The position numbers and the translations under genes were made by a program. The notes beneath the pieces were generated by a model. It searched no databases and had not been told where the DNA came from. It saw only the letters and a list, made by a program, of their open reading frames with translations. A stretch of 58,401 nucleotides of DNA, taken from positions 62,001-120,401 of IMG/VR virus record IMGVR_UViG_3300002835_000038; one strand, written 5' to 3'. Shown in pieces: positions 50,578-58,401 of the stretch; the stretch's first letter is position 1, and the number at the start of each line of letters is the position of its first letter. Origin of the DNA: an uncultured virus (IMG/VR IMGVR_UViG_3300002835_000038) (lineage: Duplodnaviria > Heunggongvirae > Uroviricota > Caudoviricetes).

Positions 50578-50614
50578 TATTTATTTTTTTCATTTTATAC
50601 CTTAATATTGTTTT

Positions 50615-53600
50615 ATGAAAAAGTTACTATTAATTACCCCACATTTATCTACTGGTGGTGCACCTCAATTTACTTTAAATAGAATTGAACTATTAAAAGA
50701 TACTTATGATGTATATTGTGTCGAATATAGTTTTTTATCACCACACTTCGTGGTTCAAAGAAATAAAATCATAGACTTATTAAAAGATAAGTTTTTTGCC
50801 TTAGAACATGATAAAGATAATCTTTTTAATATCGTTAATTCAATTAATCCCGATATCATATCTATTGAGGAATTTTCAGAAACATTCATAGATAACCATT
50901 TACTAGAATTTTTATATAAAAAAGATAGGTCGTGGAAAATCTTTGAGACTACACATAGTTCTTACAACAACTCAAATATTAAAAGATATTTTCCAGATAA
51001 ATTCATATTCGTTTCAGAATGGTCTAAAAAGATGTATTCACACTTCGGTGTAGAATCTGAGGTAATAGAGTACCCAATAGATAAAAAAGAAAAAAAGGTA
51101 GAAGAATCGAGAGAAAAGTTCCTATTAGATAATGATTATGTACATATTTTAAATGTAGGTTTATTTACGTCAGGAAAAAATCAAGGATATGCATTTGAGA
51201 TTGCGAGAAGATTTTTAAATGAAAAAGTAATTTTTCACTTTGTTGGTAATCAGGCAGGTAATTTTGAGGATTATTGGGGTCCTATTTTAAAAGATAAACC
51301 AAGTAATTGTATATTATGGGGAGAAAGAGAAGATGTGGAAGATTTTATTATGGCTTCTGATGTATTCTTATTCAGTTCAATTTTAGAACTTAACCCATTA
51401 GTAATAAAAGAGGTGATGAAATATGACATACCAATTTTTATGTTTAATTTGGAAACATATTGTGGTGTTTATAATAACAATGAAAATATTACTTTCTTAT
51501 CGGGAAATGTTAGTGAAGATGTTAATAATATAAAAAAATTATTAGGTATCAAAAACGAAAAACAAAAAGATAAGTTTGAAAATGCATATGTATACTATGC
51601 CACAGAAAAATATTTTGATATCGTTAAAAAATCTGTAGAATCTGTTAGACAATTTAGTAATTTACCTATAATTGTTTATTTACTAAATTCTGATAAGGAA
51701 ATTGATGTTGAAAATACTATTACCGTAAATTGGAAATGTGATATTAGTGAATCCGAAAATATGTTTATTAATGAAAACGATAATTTTTATATTAATAGAT
51801 CTAATAGTGAGATATATAACATTTTAATACAAAGACCTTTAATAGTAAAAGATGCCTTAGAAAAATATTCTAATGTTGTGGCGTATGTTGATAGTGATTC
51901 AATTGCAACTAAAAGTGTTGACAATATTTTTAATATGTACGATGAGAATCTTAACTATCCTTATTTTGTTGAGGGTATTTACGATTATTTAATTATAAAC
52001 GGTAGAGGAGGTGCATCCACTAAAGACGATTTAACAAATACATTAGAACACTCAACCTGTGAATTATTTAACGTTAACCAAAAAGTTAGGGAGAAATATA
52101 GACAAACTGGTTATTTTGTGTCAGGACAAAATACAACTGACTTTTTAAACGAATGGTATCAAATGTGTACACATCCTGAAGTACTAAAAAACAATGAATG
52201 GTACGCACCTTTTAATGAAGAAACTATTCTTAATGTTTTACTTTGGAAAAAAGATATAAAAGATGGACTACCATACATTTATGTTAATGGTTCTTTAGAT
52301 ACAATAGATAAAGTTAATGATATAGGTTTTAATGGGGTAGACTCTCATTATGGTGATTGGTTTAAAATACCTAAAAAAAGAGAGAATTTATTGTTTTATC
52401 ACGGAGAAAAGAGAATTGACGTATTAGATAATATGATAAAAAAATTAAAAGGTTTATATTATAAGAATATAAAAATTGCGGACGCAGGATATGTTATTAA
52501 TTTACCACATAGGGTAGACAGAAGAGAAAGTGTGATAAAAACACTTAATGATTTAGAAATTACTGGTTATGAATTTGTAGATGGTACCATTATAGAAAAT
52601 CCTGAATATAAGAAATTAGGTTGTACTGCCTCCTATTTAGAAATTTTTAAAAACATTTTAAGTAGTGACTTAGAAAATATAATTGTTATTGAGGACGATG
52701 TAAAACTAATGAATGGTGTAGATAAAAACCATTTAGATAACATCTTTAACGAGTGGAATTCAACCGTAAAAAATTATGATGTTGTTGCATTAGGTGTAAA
52801 ACTTTTACCGAGAAGTGAGATTGTAGTTAATGGGAAAACACATGGTGGTTTCGAAGAAATGTTGTGTAGTCAGTCTTTATTTTATCATAGACACTTCATT
52901 GAACATTACGTTAGTCAAATGGAGAATTATATGAATCCTAAACATTATCTTTATAAATGTACAGTAGATATGTTTTTAAATGATTGTTCTTGTGAAGAAT
53001 ATAGATTTTTACACTCCACAAATCATAAAAAGTTTAATTTTGGTATCACCTTACCTATGGTATTTACACAAACAGATAGTTTTTCGGATAACGAACTATT
53101 CTTACAAGAGTACGACAATGTTATGGAAAACTCATTTTGGGAAAGTTTAAATAAAAACGGTGAAAAAAATAATAAGTTATTTGAAAAAATTGGATCGGTA
53201 GATTCACAACAAACTAAAGAAAAATATATTAATGTTATGGAACAAACAAGTATGAATCACAGTGAAAACATTAGGTTTAATGTTAACTTTGTAAATCAAC
53301 CATTCTTCGAAATATTAGGTAACTCAGATAAAAAATATAATGTTGAGTTTTTTGATACAAATGGAAAATCAACATATACTACGGTATTGGGTGCAAATAT
53401 GTGGTCAAAATTAAATCGTAGTTATTTTGAAAATTGGAAGATTAAAGTTACTTCAGATGATGGTTTTGAACAAACTATAAATTATGACGCAAAAGGTAAA
53501 AGAGTTTATGTGGCATTTGATTCTGCGGCATTGGGAGATACTATTTCGTGGATACCATATATGGAAGAATTTAGAAAAAAATGGGATTGTGAGTTAATAG

Positions 53601-55414
53601 TATCTACTTTTTGGAATCATCTATTTGAAAAAGTATATCCTAATATAACATTTGTTAAACCAGGGAGTACCGTACATAATTTATATGCGATGTATAAATT
53701 AGGTTGGTTCTATAATGATGAAATGGAACCTGAATTACCTAATACTATTCCGTTACAAAAGGCGGCAACAAATATTTTAGGTTTAGAATATAAAGAGATT
53801 AAACCTATCATTGATTATAAAGTGGGTGATAACCCAGTAGGTGAAAAATATGTGGTAATATCCCCATACTCAACCGCAGGATTAAAACATTGGGATTTTG
53901 AAAGGTGGGAAAAATTATCCGAATGGTTAGTTAGTTTGGGATATAAAGTTATAAACATTTCTAAAGATGCAGTTAAATCAAAGTTTATTGATAATATTAA
54001 GAATACGTCCATAGAAAACACTATAAATTATATACATCATAGTGAATTTATGATTGGTTTATCAAGTGGTTTATCTTGGTTATCGTGGGCAGTAAATAAA
54101 CACGTATTTATGATTTCTAATTTTACTGAACCTGATCATGAGTTCACAACCAATTGTACTAGATTTATAAACAAATCTGTTTGTAATGGTTGTTGGAATA
54201 ATCCTAAATTTAAATTTGATAAGGGTGATTGGGATTGGTGTCCAGAACATAAAAATACTGAAAGACATTTCGAATGTCATAAATCAATAACTGTAGAATA
54301 TGTTATCGATGGTATTAAATCTTTTTTAGGTAGTGATATTAAAAATATTGAACAAAGAAAGGTGAGGAAAAATAATATAATTTTTAATGTTTATGAAACA
54401 GAACAATGGTCAAAAAACTTTTGGGAAAATAGATTTGAATATTGGGAGAAAGAAACATTTAATTTTATAGATAAACATCTAAACAAAGACAAAACTTTTA
54501 TTGATATTGGTTCTTGGATTGGACCAATGTCCTTATATTCTAGTTTTAATTCTAAAAACTGTATTGCGTATGAACCAGATCCAATTGCCTACGAAGAATT
54601 TAATAAAAGTATTGAACTAAATGGTATTAACAATATATTTTTAGAAAAAAAAGGTGTTTCAACAACCAACAGTATTGAAATTGGGGCTTTAGAATTAGGT
54701 CATAGTGTTACAAGAGTAGGTGTTTCAGAAAATTCTTTTACTGTTGAATGTGATACTATATCAGAAATTTTAAATAAAAATAATTTGGACGAATCAAAAA
54801 TTTCTATGATTAAAATAGACATTGAGGGTCACGAAACTGAATTATTAAAGGATGAGGTTTTGGTAAATTTAAATGTACCTATGTATATTTCATTTCATCC
54901 TGGATTAACGGATGTAGAAAATTTCTTTGAGGAGGTTAAACCTTTTTTAATTAAAAAAGGGTATGATATAAATAATTACCCACACGATGAATTATTTTTT
55001 GAAATTGGTTTTGAACCTTTAAATAAACCTAATGTGAGTAAAGAGATAGAAGTTTCTATTGGTGAGATAGTAGATAAGTTATCCATATTACGTTTAAAAT
55101 TATTAAATATAACTGATAAAGAAAAATTAAAAAACGTAACTAAAGAATATGATTACCTATACAACATTGTTTTCAATGATTTAAAAATTGAAAGTTTTGA
55201 TTTTGATAGAATGGTTGATATTAATAAAATACTTTGGGATGTAGAAGATTCTATCAGAGATAAGGAAAGAGAAAAACAATTTGACTCAGACTTTATTGAA
55301 ATGGCAAGAACCGTTTATATCACAAATGATCAGAGGGCAGAAATTAAGAAAGAAATTAATACAAAATACGGTTCATCTTTTGTTGAAGAAAAGTCGTATT
55401 CTGATTATAATTAA
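50615..55414 (+). CDS. Multi-domain glycosylation enzyme: GT4-like + DxD GT-A + GT25-like + TibC/AAH-like heptosyltransferase + FkbM methyltransferase + DUF6165-like (1599 aa)
   Basis: HLSTGGAPQ...NVGLFTSGKNQ...ELNPLVIKE; YVDSDSI...NEETILNVLLW; YVINLPHRVDRR...GCTASY...VIEDD; ALGDTISWIPY...GLSSGLSWLSWA...CNGCWN...CP...FECHKSIT; FIDIGSWIG...YEPDP...IKIDIEGHE; VSIGEIVDKLSIL...ARTVYITNDQRAEIK. Confidence 0.85.
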   Translation: MKKLLLITPHLSTGGAPQFTLNRIELLKDTYDVYCVEYSFLSPHFVVQRNKIIDLLKDKFFALEHDKDNLFNIVNSINPDIISIEEFSETFIDNHLLEFLYKKDRSWKIFETTHSSYNNSNIKRYFPDKFIFVSEWSKKMYSHFGVESEVIEYPIDKKEKKVEESREKFLLDNDYVHILNVGLFTSGKNQGYAFEIARRFLNEKVIFHFVGNQAGNFEDYWGPILKDKPSNCILWGEREDVEDFIMASDVFLFSSILELNPLVIKEVMKYDIPIFMFNLETYCGVYNNNENITFLSGNVSEDVNNIKKLLGIKNEKQKDKFENAYVYYATEKYFDIVKKSVESVRQFSNLPIIVYLLNSDKEIDVENTITVNWKCDISESENMFINENDNFYINRSNSEIYNILIQRPLIVKDALEKYSNVVAYVDSDSIATKSVDNIFNMYDENLNYPYFVEGIYDYLIINGRGGASTKDDLTNTLEHSTCELFNVNQKVREKYRQTGYFVSGQNTTDFLNEWYQMCTHPEVLKNNEWYAPFNEETILNVLLWKKDIKDGLPYIYVNGSLDTIDKVNDIGFNGVDSHYGDWFKIPKKRENLLFYHGEKRIDVLDNMIKKLKGLYYKNIKIADAGYVINLPHRVDRRESVIKTLNDLEITGYEFVDGTIIENPEYKKLGCTASYLEIFKNILSSDLENIIVIEDDVKLMNGVDKNHLDNIFNEWNSTVKNYDVVALGVKLLPRSEIVVNGKTHGGFEEMLCSQSLFYHRHFIEHYVSQMENYMNPKHYLYKCTVDMFLNDCSCEEYRFLHSTNHKKFNFGITLPMVFTQTDSFSDNELFLQEYDNVMENSFWESLNKNGEKNNKLFEKIGSVDSQQTKEKYINVMEQTSMNHSENIRFNVNFVNQPFFEILGNSDKKYNVEFFDTNGKSTYTTVLGANMWSKLNRSYFENWKIKVTSDDGFEQTINYDAKGKRVYVAFDSAALGDTISWIPYMEEFRKKWDCELIVSTFWNHLFEKVYPNITFVKPGSTVHNLYAMYKLGWFYNDEMEPELPNTIPLQKAATNILGLEYKEIKPIIDYKVGDNPVGEKYVVISPYSTAGLKHWDFERWEKLSEWLVSLGYKVINISKDAVKSKFIDNIKNTSIENTINYIHHSEFMIGLSSGLSWLSWAVNKHVFMISNFTEPDHEFTTNCTRFINKSVCNGCWNNPKFKFDKGDWDWCPEHKNTERHFECHKSITVEYVIDGIKSFLGSDIKNIEQRKVRKNNIIFNVYETEQWSKNFWENRFEYWEKETFNFIDKHLNKDKTFIDIGSWIGPMSLYSSFNSKNCIAYEPDPIAYEEFNKSIELNGINNIFLEKKGVSTTNSIEIGALELGHSVTRVGVSENSFTVECDTISEILNKNNLDESKISMIKIDIEGHETELLKDEVLVNLNVPMYISFHPGLTDVENFFEEVKPFLIKKGYDINNYPHDELFFEIGFEPLNKPNVSKEIEVSIGEIVDKLSILRLKLLNITDKEKLKNVTKEYDYLYNIVFNDLKIESFDFDRMVDINKILWDVEDSIRDKEREKQFDSDFIEMARTVYITNDQRAEIKKEINTKYGSSFVEEKSYSDYN

Positions 55415-58401
55415 CTACAACCCCTATTTACATTCAATGTATAAGTAAATCTAACTCCAGATCCAGTTGTATGTGCGCCAGTGATTCCAATACCCTTAAA
55501 TCCTAAAACTAAATGGGTATCACATCGTGGATAAGTATCTCCTATTGAATGAGTAAAATTAAAACAAACTATTCTAGATTGACTTTCAGAATTACCAACT
55601 GCGTTTGTAAAAAGTGAAGTAACTGGAAATTCATCATCTAACACAGTATAATCACTACACCTAAAGTAACCCACCCCAACACCTAAATCCCAGTTATCAG
55701 GAACGGATGTACCACCAGAAAGATAGGCTGATCCACAAACAGTTAGTTCATCGCCTGGAAGTAAATCAAAAGGTATTGGTATTCCTCCAAAAACTGCTTC
55801 TCCAGCAATTGGATCTGATGATTCCCTAGTCAATTTTGTATTGGCATCTAAATTACAACCATCCCATCCACAGTCTCTATCACCATACCAATAAGCTCCA
55901 CTATTATCTTCAATAAATGCTCCTGAGTGAGAGGCAATTAAGTATTGTGTCCCTATTGTTACTATAACCTCACCTGGAGAAGCACCATCCACTGCGTTAA
56001 TACAAGAACCTTGAAAATCAATACCAACTACACTTGTTTCTACTAATGCCCCCTCATCATAGATAGAAAGAGATGCGCCACCACCTCCTGAAACACCTGA
56101 ACTACCAGATGTTCCTGATGTACCTGCGTCACCTTGTAAACCTGATGTACCCGCAGTCCCACTAGTTCCAGAAGTTCCTGTTGTACCTGAAGTCCCACTA
56201 GTTCCAGAAGTTCCTGTTGTACCTGAAGTCCCACTAGTTCCAGAAGTTCCTGTTGTACCTGAAGTACCACTAGTTCCACTAGATCCTGATGCTCCAGTAG
56301 CCCCATTCACACCACTTGTTCCGCTAGTACCTGTTGTCCCACTTGTACCTGAAGTACCACTAGTTCCACTAGATCCTGCTGCTCCAGTAGCACCATTAAC
56401 ACCACTAGTTCCAGATGTACCTCTTGTTCCTGAACTTCCACTTGTACCACTAGTTCCTGTTGTACCTGAAGTACCACTAGTTCCACTCGACCCAGATGCC
56501 CCATTTACACCGCTAGTTCCTGATGTACCTGTAGTTCCAGATGTACCAGATGTCCCACTAGATCCTGATGCACCATTAACACCACTTGTTCCTGACGTTC
56601 CGCTCGTACCTCTAGTTCCTGAACTTCCACTTGTACCACTAGTTCCTGTTGTACCTGAAGTACCACTAGTTCCACTTGATCCTGATGCTCCATTAACACC
56701 ACTTGTACCGCTAGTTCCAGTTGTACCTGAAGTACCACTAGTTCCACTCGATCCAGATGCCCCATTTACACCACTTGTTCCAGACGTTCCACTAGTTCCA
56801 GTCGTTCCTGATGTTCCACTTGTTCCTGTGGTTCCTGATGTTCCACTAGAACCAGATGCCCCATTAACACCACTTGTACCAGAGGTTCCAGATGTCCCAC
56901 TTGTACCTCTAGTTCCTGAACTACCACTTGATCCACTAGTTCCCGTTGTACCAGAGGTTCCAGATGTCCCACTTGTACCTGTAGTTCCAGATGTACCAGA
57001 TGTTCCACTAGATCCCGATGCACCATTCACACCACTTGTACCACTAGTTCCTGTTGTACCTGAAGTACCACTACTACCACTTGTTCCATCTCTACCACTT
57101 GTTCCAGACGTCCCACTAGTACCGCTAGTTCCAGATGTACCAGATGTACCAGATGTTCCTGAAGAACCGTTCAACCCACTAGTTCCTGAAGTTCCAGTTG
57201 TCCCTGAAGTACCACTAGTTCCTGTTGTCCCACTTGTCCCACTACTTCCATTCAGTCCTGAAGTTCCACTAGTTCCACTTGTACCTGTAGTTCCGCTTGT
57301 TCCTGAAGTTCCTCTAGAACCTGAACTTCCACTTGACCCAGACGTCCCACTAGTACCAGTTGTTCCTGAAGTACCACTTGTACCACTACTTCCATTCAGT
57401 CCTGATGTTCCACTAGTACCAGTTGTACCTGATGTTCCTGAACTTCCGTTGATACCACTAGTACCTGATGTCCCAGTTGTTCCTGAAGTACCGCTTGTTC
57501 CTGAAGTTCCTGTAGTTCCCGAAGTTCCACTTGTACCGCTAGAACCATTCAACCCACTAGTACCTGATGTACCACTAGTTCCTGTTGTTCCAGATGTACC
57601 GCTTGTACCAGTAGTTCCTGAAGTACCACTACTACCATTCAGTCCTGAAGTTCCACTAGTACCAGTTGTTCCTGATGTACCCGAACTTCCGTTGATACCA
57701 CTAGTACCTGACGTACCAGATGTTCCACTAGTACCTCTAGATCCAGAACTACCACTTGTTCCACTAGTTCCTGTTGTTCCAGAGGTTCCTGAAGTACCAG
57801 TTGTTCCTGAAGTACCACTAGATCCATTAACTCCACTAGTACCTGACGTACCAGACGTACCAGTTGTACCTGATGTTCCGCTAGTTCCAGTAGTTCCTGA
57901 TGTACCACTACTTCCACTAGACCCCGATGTTCCACTAGTTCCAGTCGTACCAGAGGTACCTGAAGTTCCTGTAGTTCCCGAAGTTCCACTTGTACCACTA
58001 CTACCATTCAGTCCTGAAGTACCTGATGTACCAGACGTTCCTGATGTACCACTAGTTCCAGTTGTTCCTGAGGTTCCACTCGATCCTGAAGTACCATCTC
58101 TACCACTTGTACCACTTGTTCCTGTTGTACCTGAAGTACCTGTTGTCCCACTAGTTCCACTAGTACCAGAAGAACCATTCAACCCACTAGTTCCTGAAGT
58201 ACCACTAGTTCCACTAGTACCTCTACTACCTGAAGATCCACTAGATCCTGAAGTACCAGATGTTCCAGATGTACCAGAGGTTCCTGAAGTACCAGTTGTA
58301 CCAGAAGTTCCTGATGTACCACTACTTCCACTTATTCCTGAAGATCCACTAGTACCTGACGTACCAGAGGTTCCTGTTGTTCCACTTGTTCCTGAAGTAC
58401 C
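55411..58401 (-). CDS. Collagen-like Gly-X-Y (GTS/GTT/GSS) repeat protein with a C-terminal globular domain, probable fibre; 5' end lies beyond the window
   Basis: The frame stays open from 58401 (GTSGTSGTTGTS...), so the 58182 start in the track is internal. Gly at every third residue to about 56080, then a non-repetitive domain of about 220 aa. Stop overlaps the GT gene stop. Confidence 0.8.
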   Translation of the reverse strand, partial: GTSGTSGTTGTSGTSGTSGSSGISGSSGTSGTSGTTGTSGTSGTSGTSGTSGSSGSSGSRGTSGTSGTSGTSGLNGSSGTSGTSGTTGTSGTTGTSGTSGRDGTSGSSGTSGTTGTSGTSGTSGTSGTSGLNGSSGTSGTSGTTGTSGTSGTTGTSGTSGSSGSSGTSGTTGTSGTSGTTGTSGTSGTSGVNGSSGTSGTTGTSGTSGTTGTSGTSGSSGSRGTSGTSGTSGTSGINGSSGTSGTTGTSGTSGLNGSSGTSGTTGTSGTSGTTGTSGTSGTSGLNGSSGTSGTSGTTGTSGTSGTSGTTGTSGTSGINGSSGTSGTTGTSGTSGLNGSSGTSGTSGTTGTSGTSGSSGSSGSRGTSGTSGTTGTSGTSGTSGLNGSSGTSGTTGTSGTSGTTGTSGTSGLNGSSGTSGTSGTSGTSGTSGTSGTSGRDGTSGSSGTSGTTGTSGTSGVNGASGSSGTSGTSGTTGTSGTSGTSGTTGTSGSSGSSGTRGTSGTSGTSGTSGVNGASGSSGTSGTTGTSGTSGTTGTSGTSGTSGVNGASGSSGTSGTSGTTGTSGTSGVNGASGSSGTSGTSGTTGTSGTSGSSGTRGTSGTSGTSGVNGASGSSGTSGTSGTTGTSGTSGVNGASGSSGTSGTSGTTGTSGTSGSSGTRGTSGTSGVNGATGAAGSSGTSGTSGTSGTTGTSGTSGVNGATGASGSSGTSGTSGTTGTSGTSGTSGTTGTSGTSGTSGTTGTSGTSGTAGTSGLQGDAGTSGTSGSSGVSGGGGASLSIYDEGALVETSVVGIDFQGSCINAVDGASPGEVIVTIGTQYLIASHSGAFIEDNSGAYWYGDRDCGWDGCNLDANTKLTRESSDPIAGEAVFGGIPIPFDLLPGDELTVCGSAYLSGGTSVPDNWDLGVGVGYFRCSDYTVLDDEFPVTSLFTNAVGNSESQSRIVCFNFTHSIGDTYPRCDTHLVLGFKGIGITGAHTTGSGVRFTYTLNVNRGCS
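56080..58401. repeat. Degenerate 9-bp-period coding repeat (roughly 255 Gly-X-Y triplets)
   Basis: Recurrent ACTAGTTCC / TGAAGTACC / AGATGTACC-type nonamers; includes a perfect 36-bp x3 tandem at 56155-56262. Confidence 0.9.

Noticed and set aside
56155..56262. 36-bp direct repeats as a CRISPR array
   Set aside because: The repeats are contiguous with no spacers, in frame inside the Gly-X-Y gene, and no cas genes are nearby.
56043..58007. Alternate-frame ORFs (MGHL...VELVVLQVQQEL) in the repeat region
   Set aside because: They are shadows of the 9-bp periodic coding repeat in another frame.
1..58401. Stop-codon reassignment as seen in some large phages
   Set aside because: Genes are long and tightly packed under the standard code, and conserved proteins are not interrupted by TAG or TGA.

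Overview
AT-rich window from a large contractile-tailed (myovirus-type, distantly T4-like, probably jumbo) phage genome, read in the standard genetic code and almost entirely on the minus strand. From right to left it holds: a Gly-X-Y (GTS)n collagen-like protein running off the right edge; a convergent six-domain glycosylation enzyme (three glycosyltransferase domains, a TibC/AAH-like heptosyltransferase, an FkbM methyltransferase and a DUF6165-like tail) preceded by an unannotated ribbon-helix-helix gene; tail sheath, tube, tail chaperone with a probable +1 frameshift extension, tape measure and baseplate/hub genes; a replication block (SSB, RecA/UvsX, 5'-3' exonuclease, DnaB-like helicase, class II RNR); a secreted metalloprotease; and a second baseplate/virion block. 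TAnnTTTG promoter elements and no obvious Shine-Dalgarno sequences suggest a Bacteroidota host (inference). Best leads: (1) a putative phage-encoded protein O-glycosylation system (multi-domain glycosyltransferase plus Ser/Thr-rich collagen-like substrate); (2) about nine unrelated proteins sharing an N-terminal leader that may target them to the capsid; (3) the hidden frameshifted chaperone ORF; (4) three recurring promoter-like motifs; (5) an orphan promoter and hairpin in a gene-free gap. All family calls come from recognising motifs by eye, not from database searches.
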